64,000 nucleotides of DNA from Antedon mediterranea (GCF_964355755.1 NC_092676.1:4565888-4629887), one strand, 5' to 3'. Shown: positions 47,697 to 64,000, counted from the stretch's first letter. Made by a program: numbers and translations. The notes: generated by a model from the sequence alone, not told the origin.

Positions 47697-50600
47697 ATGG
47701 AAATTGATCGTGTAGTTGGTGGAGTGCGCCATCCTTGGGTGACCTCCGATGAAATCCTGGAAGCGATGAATACATTTGAAGTTCGTCAAGACGATATCTG
47801 GGTGATTACATTTCCAAAAGCGGGTAAGAAATGTACAGTTTTTCAAGTAATTATTTAAAGAATTTAGAATATTTTGACCTTCATTTTTTGTGTTTCAAGG
47901 GACTTTATTTAAGCAATTAACACCAAATTTTGAGTTGGTTTACCACTGTAATGGCTAAATGTTGATTAGACTAAGGATGTGCCTTGTAAGGAGCCTCGGA
48001 GTGAAATATTGAATAAAAAAAATATAAAAAATGTTGATTTACAATGCCTTATTTTAGGAACTACATGGATGTCAGAAGTAATCTCATGTGTGTACCACCA
48101 AGGTGATTTTGACAAAGCTGATGAAATTGTATTAAACCAAAGATTTACGTTTTTGGATCTTGCAAGACCTGGAGCAGATCCACCTCATTTATTGGCAGCT
48201 AAAACACCTTCTCCGAGGTTTCTGAAGACCCACCTGCCAAGCCATCAGATGGCAAAGGAAATCAACACAAAGAAACCAAAGGTAACACATACCCTATCCA
48301 TGGAGGTATATTTACACCTGCCATGCCCTATCCACACACTACATAGGCAAGCATGCAAGAATTATAACACAGTAATGCAAATAATTGCATAACCCATTTT
48401 GTACATTTTCCGTTCATTATGATTTAAATTAAACTTATAGAAATATTCTTGTAAAAGAAATAATTTATATATTATTTTGATACAAAATAAATGTTACATC
48501 TAGTACCATGAATAATAAAAAAAATGTTTATGAGTTGGATGGTGCGGAATATTTCATGAGCTGAAAGATTAACTGCTATTACGGTGACGTTCACAGTTTT
48601 CCTTGTTCGTACAAAAAAGCTAATCGTATATATAATGTCAAAAGCATACAATAGTGCAGATTATTGCACGCCACATGAACCTCAATCATCCAATCAACTG
48701 ACAAGAATTTACTTACATGTGTAATATACTGAATAAAAATGAATGGATTTGAAGATACAGTAAATAACAAAATTGATTTTCTGTGTTCAGGATGCCAATA
48801 AAGTTTCGTTGAAAATTCTATTCATTTAATATTGACTGTTCTACTATATAGAGGAACTACTTAGAGGACACTTTCTTAGATCCTGGAAGTATAGGGGTTA
48901 TACTTTATAATAAACTAAGTTTTTCTTAAAATAATACTTGCCACATTCTGTATTTATATCTTTAATTTATTTATATTTCATCTATTTTTACTATAGATAG
49001 TATATGTTGGAAGAAACGCAAAGGACAACGCTGTGTCTCTCTTCCATTTCCACCAATCACTCAAGGCTTTAAGAAGCTATGACTCATGGGAAGACTATTA
49101 TAACGCATTTTGTGACGGCGATGGTAATAAATCATATTTATCGTTCTTTTTTATTATAATGAGACCCAGTCAATAAAGTCATAATAATTTCTCCTGGTTT
49201 AGAGTTGCTTCATTGTAATAGCCATAAAAAATTAATGTTTTTATTAGGACAGGTTATAAAGCTTATTTATATATATATTTATAATATTTATCATTAAAGA
49301 TGTATTGTCCCCCTGAAAAAATAATTCTTAACATTTGTTGAATATGACATTAATGTCGCATAATAATAGTTTGACACAAAATTCGATTGAAGAAAAATGT
49401 TTATTTACCTGAAGTAAAAAAAACTTTAATTGAAAGTAAAAAATAGTCAATTGGCTGCTAGCCAATAGGTTTTATTTTGTCATTTTATAAGTGAAAACAT
49501 TAATTTTTTCTTTTTTTTTATGGAAGTGTTAACTTTATTAAAACTACAAAATAACGTATTTTATTTAATGAATCTTCATTTTTCATGTTTTTGGTAGACA
49601 ATACATCTTTAATGTTATTCCGGACCAAAAACCTTAAATAATAATAATGAAGAAACATATTTTTTTTTAAAACATTATTGGTCACTCTTCATAATAAATA
49701 TTGTTTGCACAGATGACAAACGTCTTAAATTTAAAACAAATATAATACAATACCTGAAGATTTTATAAAAAATTGGTCAACCTATAGATGGCGCTATAGT
49801 TCAAACAAAATCAGAGCCATATATTGAATTTCGACATGTGTTCAATATATGGCGGTGTGCGCTTCATGCATGTTCTACGCCTGCGCGTTAAGTTTGTACA
49901 GTAATTCTCTATAGTAATGCATTGTTTTTACATTTTGTTGTTTAAAATCATGTTCGCAGTAACTTTATAATTTTATCATTATCCCAACAAAAACCTTTAA
50001 CAAATTGATTGTTTTGATAATAAATTCGATAGTTAAAGCCTTGTGAATGTTATACATTTTTTAAGCAAATGACTTGACTCCATACTCTACATAAGCATAG
50101 TTGGACACAAAAATGACCGGTGTGCACACCACGTGACTTTCTAAAATCCGTGAATGTATTGTCATAACTCTTTAAATATTATAGCTCTGAACAAAATTAT
50201 TTCCCCCATTTTGTTTCATTTTTAGTAAGTTGATTAGTCATCAGTAGAGCATAATGATAGCATGCACAATCACCATCATGTGTCCAAATCAATCATGAGA
50301 AATGCATCTTTAGCCAAAGACGAGAAATTACTAAAAATTAGCAATTACCACGAGACTTGCGACGTCTGACAACATTATTTGTTATTTATCGAAATATGTT
50401 TGACATAATGCACTTACCTAAAACATTTTGTTGTTAGTTCATGGTGGTTCATGGTTTGACATGAACCTTTATTGGTGGAATAGAAGAAATGATGACAATG
50501 TATTATTTGTCAAATACGAAGATATGAAAAAGGTAGGATTTTAGTTATTATATATGTATTTTATACACAGATGATCATTTTTTATTATTTTTTTAAAATT

Positions 50601-51137
50601 TTTGCAGCGCTTCGTTCATTCAATATTTTCACGTTTATCTGTGAAAAAGTTTCTATCTCTCTTGCAGGATCTTGGATCCATCGTTAAACAAGTTTCAGAG
50701 TTTTTCGGTTGGCCGATTCCTGATGGAAAACTAGAAGAGATTGTTAAACATTGCTCCTTTAGTAGTATGAAAGAAAATCCAAAGACAAATTATAAAGTTC
50801 TTTCTACAAAATCTGAGTCGACTAACAGTTTTCAGTTTATGAGAAAAGGTAAGTGAACTAAAACTCCAGTAACATACTAAGATAGAAACAGCACACCTAC
50901 AGCATCATTTGTTGAGGAGTGCAATTTGTAACCCACCTGTAATTTTTAAAAGAGAAAGCTTCAAATTAACTTGTTTCAAACTTGCAACTTAACTCCTATT
51001 GTATTATTTTTGACATTTCTTTAGGCGAAGTTGGCGACTGGAAGAACTATTTTACTGTGAGCCAAAGTGAAGCATTGGACAAACTTAACGACGCGAAAAT
51101 GAAAGGTTCCGATTTGACGTTTGAATATGAATTATAA
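47697..51137 (+). CDS. SULT1-like copy 8, 288 aa
   Basis: Exons 47697-47823, 48058-48281, 48997-49123, 50438-50532, 50668-50848, 51025-51137. Motifs [42 protein letters not shown]. Confidence 0.92.
49298..49608. mobile_element. Kolobok-like MITE (AGATGTATTGTCC termini, TTAA TSD)
   Basis: TTAA-AGATGTATTGTC...GACAATACATCT-TTAA. Solo right ends at ~51780, ~56080 and ~59885. Confidence 0.78.
49812..50189. mobile_element. hAT- or P-like MITE (CAGAGC termini, 8-bp TSD AACAAAAT)
   Basis: Exact 8-bp direct repeats at 49804-49811 and 50190-50197 flank CAGAGCCATA...TATAGCTCTG. A related end lies at ~15063. Confidence 0.72.
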
Positions 51138-53069
51138 AGAGAAATATATTTATAATAATATTATAAAATATTATTATTAAAAATATAAATCGAGGCACTG
51201 CTTTTAGTTTATGTATTGATACTAGATCAAAATTTTATTTTGTTTAATTGTAACATAGAAACACTTGTATTATCCCTTGAAACACAACAAATAAAGGTCA
51301 AAATATTCTAAATTTAAATTGGCCATATCAAAGTAATATTAAAGTTATTCACTTTAAGTCGAAAATTCGAGCCAAAAACAACAAGTTTACGTAATTAACA
51401 GGTAAATTAATTTGATTACATTTCGTCTGGAAAATTGTCGGGAGCGAAAGTAACCAAAGATTTCAAACCACGAGTATGCATTATTCATGATGCTAATTAG
51501 GATTGTTTACAACTCGTCACGGTTGAGAAGGTATTTTCACACAGATCGCGAGGAAGTTTTATGATTATGCATACAGAGTAGCCAAACAAGCGCGTTGCAT
51601 TATGAGATATGTTTTGATCGAAAACTTTGACTTTGAACAAAAAAACGTCTGTATTTCAGTTAAATTATTTTTTTTTGCGACTAATTTTTGGTGAAAGTTA
51701 ATAACTATTAAAATACTTCAAAATGACCCACTTTTTTTCAAAATATTTTATTTTTTATTTTTTTGGAATTAGTCGAAAGGGACAATACATCTTTAAATAA
51801 GATTTAGATAATAAATATGTAATAAGGTTTCCGTTTTAAAAATACCTCAATTTTACAATTCCTTGATTTTTTAATATGGTAACCCATTGTCTTACCTCTT
51901 CCAGAAAAAAAAGTATATGTTATATAATTTATATTTTATATACATTTTGTCACAAATAGCATGTCATAACTGTACTTAATATTATAATAAGCCTCTGTTT
52001 ACATTGTTTTTCATGGAAATTCTGTTTTATTTTATATACAGCGTCATTTGAACATTTAATGTTTTAGTCTAGGTTCTGCTAGCTAGACAGCAAATAAATA
52101 TTCATTAAAAAAAAGAAAAACATTTTGGCACACATGGCGTGTCATAACTGTACTTAAACTGGAATCAAACTGTAAGAAAATCTTCCACTGGACAATCGGA
52201 ATAATCTGATAAATGAATAACCAAAAAAAATATAATAATGAGAGATGCAATGCTATACTAGTTTTAGAGAATTTATGTCAAATTGTCTTATATTGGAAAT
52301 ATACTGTAATATATTTCATTTTATTCTTTTCAAATAAATGAATTGAAATATAGTACTTGTATAAAGTGTATGTTTTAGTGTCACTAAATATATAGGCTTA
52401 ATTTTAATTGTTAAGGTATATATTATTCATTGTAAGTATTGTATTACTTGTTGATATAAAGTTTGCATGTTTTAGTGTCAAATAAATGTAATAATAGCTC
52501 AAATTAAATTTTTAAAGTATATCATTCATTGTAAGTGTTGTATTACTTGTTGATATAAAGTTTGCAGTACACCACGTATGTAGTTCTGAAAAGGAAACTG
52601 GAGAATATAAATGAAATTGGATGGGATATGCTAAAACAAAGGTAGGAGGGGATTGAAATTAGCTCATAGAAGAGCATAGTTTCCTAAGAACTTTCTTTGT
52701 ATGTGTGTATTCATAGTCTTAGCAGAAAATTTCACTCTTCCCTGGTCCTATCAATATAAATGTCCACTTTTAAATAGCTATATACCAACAGACAATGATA
52801 CCTAATGTTTTTTTTTGATGACGTCAACAAAATTTATTTTTTTGTAGCTTGGTTAGCTGAAATGAAATCTCAGTCTTGCCAATAGTACACTATTTTGCTG
52901 ATTTTCCAGCAGGTGAATTTATTCGCACGAACTGACTTTGTTGTGACGACGTGCGTGACGTATTCATATTATCAAAGATAGTATGTATGGCGTTCATTTT
53001 TTCGGAAATAAAGATATCTTAGTTTTAGTATGACTGTAGTAGCTGTCTTTCCAACTATTTGTTACGCAA

Positions 53070-55395
53070 ACAAACAATATTTTTACGCTAAAACTAACGT
53101 CGAGGCTATTAATGAAGGTATTGGGAACATCACTTGGGAATCCATTGAATGTGAATCGGTTAATGGAGTATGGTCTAATTTTATTACCAAATTTATGGAA
53201 TGTGTGAATTTACATATCCCACATAGAAATCAACGCCGAAAGACCAAGCCCTGGATTTTCCCCGAAATTAAAAAAATGGCAGTCAAAAAGAGAAAATTGT
53301 TTAACCGCGCTAGACAAGTGGAAACATTAATGACTGGACTGCTTATAAAAAACTGCGTAATAAAATAAGATATGTCACAAATCGTTCCCACAGTAAATAT
53401 ATTGATGAATTAATGGGAAAAGCTGATAATATGAAGCAATTCTGGCAGTATGTCCAGTCTAAACGGAAGTCTGCAAATTGTTCTTCATTTGTGATTAATG
53501 ATACAATGTGCTCCGATCCAAGGACAATTGCGAACGCGTTTAATTCACTATTCGAATCTTATTTTACCCAGAATGACCCATTAACAGATGAATCTACATC
53601 ACCCAGACTAGAGGTTACTACTCTAGCAAACATTATTGTCCATTCCATTGTTGTTTTCAGGAAGATCATGAAACTCTCTTTGGGCAAAGCTGCCGGGCCC
53701 GATGGCATTACATCTCAAATGTTAAAACTCTGTGCCAAAGGTTTATCGCCATTACTTGCCGATGTTTTTAACTTCAGTTTGGAAAGTGGTGAACTTCCTT
53801 CGGCATGGAAATGTGCAAACATCGCACCAGTCCATAAGAAGCTCAGCAAGACGAACCTATGCAACTATAGACCAATTGCACTGACATCTTTGTTCTCAAA
53901 GGTGCTCGAGAGTATTGTCACCGATGAACTCCGTCTTCATCTGAACGAATTTGGACTCATGTTTGATGGCCAATATGGTTTTACTCCAGGAAAATCTTGT
54001 TCCTCAGTTTTGGCTGAGGCTACAACATCCTGGGTTAAGGCTTTAGATAATGGGGCACCACGGATTGATGTCGTGGCTCTTGATTACAGTAGGGCATTTG
54101 ATTCCATCTCGCATGACAATCTGGTGAATAAGCTTTCAAAAACGTATGGTGTTGGCGGTGTATTATTAAAATGGATTAACTCTTTCTTATCTGGTCGTAA
54201 GCAAAGAGTAATTTTTAATGGTGTCCAATCTGACTGGTGTTTAGTCAAGTCAGGTGTCCCCCAGGGGTCAGTCTTGGGGCCATTATTGTTCAACATTTAC
54301 GTGAATGACTTAAATCTTCACTTGGAAAGTAAACCGTACCAATATGCTGACGATACATTTATTAGTAAAGCAGTTTATTCTTATTGTGATTTTATTTCCT
54401 TACAGAGAGACATTAACAAAATCTCTGAATGGTCTATTTTAAACAAACTTATTTTAAACCCTACTAAATGTAACATCTTGTCTATCGATAGAAGGAGAGC
54501 TCCATCTTCTAATGACTATGTACTTAACGATCAGGTTATTGCACATTGCACATCTGAAAATTCTTGGTGTGTACATATCCGATGATTTGTCATGGTCTAA
54601 ACAAGTCCATGAGGTTGTAAATAAGTGTAATAGAACACTGGGTCTTGTTAGAGCAATTGCTGGTGGTTGTTCTACGGGCCGTTCTTTTAAAATTATACCA
54701 GTGTCTAGTCCTCCCTCATATACAGTACTGTTGCGAGGTGTGGTACCCTTATCGCATATGTCAAATTTAAATGATTGAGCAAATCCAGAGACGGGCCACC
54801 CGGTTGATCTTACATCAACGTCGTCAGGAAGAGTCATATGATGGGAGACTAGACACTCTTGATATCCCATCCACAATCGCTATTAGAGATTGTTATACTG
54901 TTCTATTTGTTTGCAATGTTTTACTTTATCATCAAAGATCTATTATTTATAATTTACTCATAGTTAATAATCGTCATGATACTCTCACTTTCAAGCATCT
55001 TCGCTCCAGTAATGATATGTCAAAATTTTGCATCCCGACCAGATTCACTAGAACTTGGAATTCCATACCCAATGAGATTCGTGATATTTTTGTTAATGGT
55101 TCTTTTATTAATTTTAAATTATCTCTAAAGCTATATTTTAAATGTCGGAGAGAAACTTTTTAAATTTTTAAATGAAATGATATGTCTACTATATTTGTAT
55201 ATTTGTATATATTCTTGTTATTTGTTATTTATGTATTGGAGAGACACACCTTACCGGTGACAGCGTTTGTTTAATGCTTTTTTCTTTCCTCGGCCTCGTG
55301 TCTTGTTTTTTATATATATATATATATATTTTTATGTTTTTTTTGTAATTATTATTATTTTATGTTTATTGCCGAAATGAATAAAATAAAAATAT
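53070..55395 (+). mobile_element. 5'-truncated, frameshifted CR1/Jockey-group LINE (RT region plus 3' UTR)
   Basis: ORF pieces 53030-55163 with KPW, KAAGPDGI, NYRPIALTS, QYGF, LDYSRAFD, GVPQGSVLGPLLF, YADD, IEQIQRRATR; ends in AATAAAATAAAA. The 5' boundary is approximate. Confidence 0.9.
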
Positions 55396-56144
55396 AATAC
55401 TGGGCCCTTGCTATTTTTGTTTAAAGCTCTTGACATCATAGCGCCCTCTACATAAAATGGAATACAGTACGTGTTTAGCTGCTGCTGAATACATTTCTAA
55501 CAATGAACTTATAATCAAGGTTCTTTGGTTCTAGTCTTTTCGACGTGCGCCGGAAGACGTTTTAAAAATAAATTAAGGTAGGGAGGGAGGCCTACAGCTA
55601 GGCGTCAGGTAATTGTACAGTAGCTAAGGAGCAATATTTCACTCCATTGTTGAAGGCCTGCACAATTGCAATTATTACTGCAGGCAATCCTCGAGATAAT
55701 CACATCCCGATATTCAAACAAGCGTATAAAAAAAGACAATACAATTCTTTTGTATACGATTGTTTATCTACAGGTAATTGCAGAATCTAAATATATGGCA
55801 CGCCATATGTGCCTTAATTGAAGAGACCCAATAATTCTTCAGTCAGACTCAAAGTCGATAGTTAAGTTCCGGGTTCATTTTGAAGTCGCTATGCTATTTA
55901 AAAATACTGGATCATACGACTGATACTTACTAGTTGCGCTACGTGCAAATAATTTCAATTTTTGCATACAAATTAAAAAATAATTTTGTGTTGCCCACTA
56001 AAACATGAAATGAAATCATAATTAAATTAGACTTTGAATAGGTTATTTTGTAGTTTTTTTAAACATTATTTTTCAGGTGGACAATACATCTTTAATATTT
56101 CATTTGTACTGTAGTACAGTATTTAGCACGGTAAGCTGAGAATC

Positions 56145-58791
<2,647 letters not shown>

Positions 58792-58849
58792 AAAGCAATA
58801 GGAATTACGTTTCAATAGATGAAACATACGTTTAGTAAGAAAAGATTTA

Positions 58850-59195
58850 AAGCCGATTTTCTACTAGGCAAATTTGCGAATCCAACGTTACGAAGAGAAC
58901 AAATCGCCTACTCGCTTTCCACTTTAGCTGCGACATTCATGTTCCTCGCGTGGCTGCTGCTGAGGTTTTCGATTCGCATGATGAGTGCTCATGAAAGCGT
59001 CTTAGCTCATTTTCTGAGCTGTGATTGGTTGCGCAATATTTCGCTTTGCAAAAAGTAGAAACAATTCGAACTAGTGCAGCGAAAAATCGAAGGAACTAGA
59101 ATTCGGAGTATGACAGACCGAAACTCGAATGCGCATAAGCAGAGCATGACGCTTTCGATTCCCGCGAACAAATTCGCCTAGTGGAAAATCGGCTT
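58850..59195. mobile_element. MITE (Harbinger-like)
   Basis: TIRs AAGCCGATTTTCTACTAGGCAAATTTG / CAAATTCGCCTAGTGGAAAATCGGCTT. Confidence 0.7.
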
Positions 59196-59278
59196 AGTGA
59201 TCAAGACCGCCGATCCGTTTCTGCTAAAACACGCGAGTTATTGCAGGAGGTTCTGTTTACACAGAGGTACACAATGTT

Positions 59279-59460
59279 AAGCTCTGTCTACACTATTAGA
59301 TTAGTTTGACAAAAAATGTGATGTGCTCAAATACGGTGGTAATATGCCCAAATATGGTAGTGATAATCCGAAATATGGTAGTGATATGCCCAATGGTAGT
59401 GGTATAACATCACCATGTCCATAGTGGGGCACATAAAGTTTAATAGTGTAGACAGAGCTT
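59279..59460. mobile_element. MITE, same family, at the centre of a 28-bp perfect inverted repeat
   Basis: TIRs AAGCTCTGTCTACACTATTA / TAATAGTGTAGACAGAGCTT with 20-bp internal tandem units. Confidence 0.8.
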
Positions 59461-60769
59461 AGCATTGTGTACCTCTGTGTAAACAGAACCAGCAATACAT
59501 GATAGTTAATACAACGATGTCCTTGTTTCCTATTGGCTATGTAACTACAGTCTGCTATTTTCCCGCAATATTTTAAAGCGCCCGGATCTTGCCGTTGATT
59601 GCCACTTGCTGTTATTGTAAATTATTAAATTATTATTCATTTTCTTTTGATCATCACAGTATTGCTTCTTTTTACTAATTATGAATTTAGACATTTAAAG
59701 CAAAAAAATAGTCAAATTGGCTGTCAGCCAATTTGATTTTTTGGTTGAATTTAACCATTTATTATGTTATTTTATAAGTGAAACATTTTTTTCGTTTTTT
59801 TTTCTACAGAAGTGATTATTATTATTAAAACTACACAATTACCTATTCAAAGTCTGATAAACTTCATTTTTTATGTTTTGGGGGACAATACATCTTTAAC
59901 CGATATAGAATAGGCCTATGGTGAAAGAAATGTCCGTATTTCGTAATAAATTATGTCATAATGTTAATATGAATATGTTTGTTTTATCACCTACCAGTAG
60001 GCCTATAGTTAAGATGCTCTTGATACAATATAGATGCTAGGGCCATGGTTATTGTAGAAAAAATATTTATAAAAATCAGATAGATTTAGCTGTCGCAATC
60101 TGATGTTTGTGCGTACAACACCCAGAAGAAATAACAGAACAGAAATAAAAGAACACGTTTTAAGCCGATATCGACTCGACATCTGAACTTTGGAACAAAA
60201 TAATATTCGTATTTGAAAATAAACCATATTGTAATGTAGATGAACTGGTTGCTTAGCTGTGATATTTATCTTTCATATTTATTCCTACGGACTAAGGTTT
60301 ATTTGAAAGTTTCCTTGATACAGCGGCACATGTTCGTTACATTATGATAGGCCTACTGACTATACACATTCATGACAAGCTTCGACTGATGCACATCAGA
60401 TTAGGATTATTGATACTAGGCCAACATGATATAGCCCTTGACTTACTTTTATTGTAAATGCTATTCATAAATGCACTATAAATCAGTTGATAAGACTTAT
60501 TGACAAAATCTCCCAAAACAATCAAAAGGATTGTGGTCATATCTGTATGTTTAAGGTACAGCAGAGTGGTGATTGAGGCGTTTCATACGTATAGAATACT
60601 AGGCCGACTGAAACCAGCTGAAACGAAGAAGAAGAGTTTTTGTTTTAAGGATTACAGAAGACTGTATCGTTCTGTAAGTGAGGTTCATGATTATTCTTTT
60701 TCTTTTTAACACATAGGCCTAATGTTTTATTAGAACCAAAAAGTTATTAACGTGAAAAAAATTGTGATT

Positions 60770-61270
60770 ATGTTCTAGTTTAATAATCTTGTTCTTTTAT
60801 TTGCACGGCGGCCGGACCATGAACCACATAATATTTTATTAGATACCAGCAACTAATTAACATGAAAGCCGGTTGATCTCCATTTGTGATTATGCTCTAT
60901 TGAACAAAGTATCTCTAGTTAATCTCAGTTGTTCTTTTTATTTGCACGGTGGCCGGACCGTGAAACACATAATATTTTATTAGAGACCAGTAAGTAGGCT
61001 AATTAACAGCCGGAATTGATCCTCACTTGTGATTAAATGTTCTAATGAACATTGTGTCTATTTAATCTTGTTCAGGACCCAAGTGGAAACAAGGAAACTT
61101 GTCTTGGCTATCCTTGTGATCAAGGTCTTTGCAAAATGTTTCCATTTCAGTTTTATTTTGATATTTATGTACAGTATTCTAATTGACCTCGAGAAACTCA
61201 AAACTCAAACTTTTTATTTGCACGGCGGCTGGACCGTGAAACGTATAATATTTTATTAAAGACCAGCAAC
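60770..61270. repeat. Locally repeated ~150-350 bp segments, also duplicated at ~63340-63680
   Basis: TTTTATTTGCACGGCGGCCGGACC units occur three times, and 60868-61210 matches 63341-63680. Confidence 0.8.
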
Positions 61271-61277
61271 TAATTAA

Positions 61278-61671
61278 AGATGTATTGTCCCCTAACAAAT
61301 AATTGTGTTGTTTTGTTGTTGAATATACCATTTCAATGTCACCTAATAGTTATCCAGTTTGTCCGAAAAAAATGTGTTTACCTAAAAAAATGTAAATTAA
61401 AGCAAACAAATTGTCAAATTGGCTTCCAGCAAATGGGTTTTTGGTTGAATTTAACCATTATTTTGTCATTTTATAACTGAAAACATTAATGTTTTCCGGT
61501 TTTTTTTATTTTGTATTACTTTGTAATGTAACCAAGTTATGTAATGTATACTGTTTTATGAAATATAGAAAATAAAATTTAAAAAAAAGAAAGTGATAAC
61601 TTGATTAAAACTACAATCAAAGTCTGATTTTATTAATCTTTATTTTTCATGTTTTGGGGGACAATACGTCT
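61278..61671. mobile_element. Kolobok-like MITE, same family
   Basis: TTAA TSD; empty site aactaaTTAAcatgaaagccgg in the local duplicate at ~60857. Confidence 0.82.
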
Positions 61672-61883
61672 TTAACATGAAAGCCGGTTGATCCCTACTT
61701 GTGATAACAATAATATACTCAAGTCTTTCAAATCCAGCCCTATGCCTAAAAAAGACTTATTTATAATAAATATTGATAAATAAAGTTCAATTATTAGTTC
61801 AATAGATAATTTTTTAATTAGTTTCAAAAGACTAAATTCTCTTTTTTTTTATTTAAGTGTTAATAGAAATATTCAGAAGTACG

Positions 61884-63862
61884 ATGTCATCAGAAACAAA
61901 CAAAGAACATGCAGAGATTGATCGTGTTGTTGGTGGTGTCAGACATCCTTGGGGTACTTCAGATAAACTCTTAGAGGCAATGAAAACATTCAAAGTTCGT
62001 CAAGATGATATTTGGGTTATCACATTTCCAAAGGCTGGTAAGTGAAAAAGACACGATGCATTACATAACAACAAAACTATAATTCTACTGTACAACAATA
62101 CGAATGATACCGAGTGGTTGGTTTGCCTAGGCATCCGTACATTCAATCACAACTTTTCCATTCTTATTGTCCTTGCGTCCTGCCTCGCTTTCAGTCTCGA
62201 ACACACTTCACTGCAAGTCTTTATTCCATAATTACACAGTCCCATATCCACTGTCCAGAAAGCCTACCATCTCCGACTTGTACCGTCTCGATAGTGTGTC
62301 CTTCCCTTGTATCGCACACCCAACACAGCTTTCCATCACAACGCTCCCTTCTGATTCGTCTACTTGACCACCGGCGACTTGATTCATTTGCATGCGACAC
62401 CTGATTATCGTCACACGTAACACAACCCTGGAACTAGGTCAGGATTGAACCCTGGAACTAGGTCAGGATTGAACCCTGGAACTAGGTCAGGATTGAACCC
62501 TGGAACTAGGTCAGGATTGAACCCTGGACCTTGGGATTGGAAAGCAAGCACGTTAACCACCAAGCTACAGCTCCACTACATTTACATTTTTTCATGATTT
62601 ATTTTAGGCACCACGTGGATGCAGGAAATAATGTCAGTACTGTACCATGATTGTAATGTTGTGAAAGCAGACGAGAAGGCAATTGATGATCGCTTTGCTT
62701 TCCTAGATTTTGAAGACAAAAAATCAGATTCTCCCTACGTGTTAGCAGCCAAAAAACCTTCTCCACGATTTCTGAAGACTCATCTACCGAGTCACCAGAT
62801 GGCCAGTGAACTAACTAACAAGAAACCAAAGGTGGGCCTGGCTACGGATCTACCGTTTATCTTTCGTTAACAGGAAGGCATAATTCGTTTACAGGCCTCT
62901 TAAGTGTCATCCATGGTATACTGTTCATCTTCATATTAACACGTTTTTTGTATAATATTATATAGCCTATATGTATCTACAATTCAATTCAATAGCATTT
63001 CTTCAATAATGGTAAGACAAATAATACAAGAATAATAAACAATAAGAAACAGTAATACAATACAAAAACAAGAAAAGGTAAATAAAAGAAAGGAATGCCA
63101 TCATTGGTTGTGATGATTAGAAGAGTTAATTCATAAGAAAACATCTTGGATATTTAATGAGGTTATTTTTATCACAGTCTATTAGGCCTACTCGTTTTTC
63201 TTGAGTATATATGCTGATACTGTTATTTTGTTTGCTTCAATGTTTTCGAATGGTACGTGACCGGCGAGCGTGAGGCTTTGGGGAAGGGGATTGCTAGTAG
63301 ACCTAGGCCTAGTAAAGAGAACTTACATTACAAGTAATTAAGCCGGTTGATCCTCATTTGTGATTACGTTCTATTGAACAAAGTATCTCTAGTTAATCTC
63401 AGTTGAACTTTTTATTTGCACGGCGGCCGGACCGTGAAACACATAATAGAGACCAGTAAGTAATTAACAGCCGGAATTGATCCTCACCTGTGATTAAATG
63501 TTCTAATGAACATTGTGTCTATTTAATCTTGTTTAGGACCCAAGTGAAAACAAGGAAACTTGTCTTGGCTATCCTTGTGATCAAGGTCTGTTCCTTTGCG
63601 GAAATGTTTTCTATTTTTATATTAATTATGTGCAGTATTTTAATTGACCTTGATTATTTAATAAAGAAACTCAAAACTCAAACTAGTAAAGATAACTTAA
63701 ATAATTTCTTAAGAATATACCCTTTCTTTTAATAGATAGTGTATGTTTCAAGAAATCCGAAAGATAACGCCGTGTCTCTCTTTCACTTTCACCAGTCGCT
63801 TAGACTCTTGAAAACGTACGATTCTTGGGATGACTATTATAACGCATTTTGTGCTGGTGACG
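61884..63862 (+). CDS. SULT1-like copy 10, partial (exons 1-3; presumably continues beyond the window)
   Basis: Exons 61884-62037, 62608-62831, 63736-63862. Motifs TFPKAGTTW, PRFLKTHL, RNPKDNAVS. Confidence 0.88.
62425..62574 (-). mobile_element. tRNA-derived SINE head with the B-box segment tandemly repeated (24 bp x4)
   Basis: Minus strand GGAGCTGTAGCTTGGTGGTTAA (box A)...GGGTTCAATCC (box B); plus-strand unit ACCCTGGAACTAGGTCAGGATTGA. Confidence 0.7.
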
Positions 63863-64000
63863 GTAACTTAAATTTCTTTTTTTTTGTGTGTGTGGGAAAT
63901 CGAATTCACTTTCTTCATACAGTATAACAAACTTAATTTTATTACATTCAATTTTTCAATATTATATTAAGCGTACTAACATTCTATTAAATAACTCTGT

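Noticed and set aside
62114-62423. GC-richer segment with overlapping short ORFs in copy 10 intron 1
   Set aside because: No recognisable protein motif or termini; probably an unclassified repeat fragment that I cannot support as a feature.

Overview
This is AT-rich, intron-containing animal genomic DNA. A marine invertebrate, possibly an echinoderm, is a guess from repeat style, not demonstrable here. A 4-exon BDH1/SDR9C-like dehydrogenase gene (- strand, 318 aa) sits head-to-head, 273 bp apart, with a + strand tandem array of ten cytosolic SULT1-like sulfotransferase genes: 8 complete 6-exon ORFs, 1 pseudogene and 1 cut by the window end. A recent ~9.7-kb tandem duplication (19113-28817 vs 28817-46052) provides filled/empty-site controls for many insertions: Helitron, Kolobok, P-like, Merlin/MULE-like, Harbinger-like and CR1-group LINE. 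hAT-like, Rex1, a second CR1/Jockey-group LINE and tRNA-SINE elements lie outside it. The most notable observations are: (1) two distinct minimal hammerhead ribozymes, each duplicated, one copy with a G5A knockout; (2) TA>TAGGCCTA/TAGGCTA/TAGCCTA insertion scars verified in four paralog pairs, one creating the nonsense codon of SULT copy 6; (3) a duplicated intron that creates a 25-nt poison microexon in three SULT copies; (4) stepwise remodelling of PAPS-binding and catalytic-site motifs along the array. All coordinates and alignments were made by eye.
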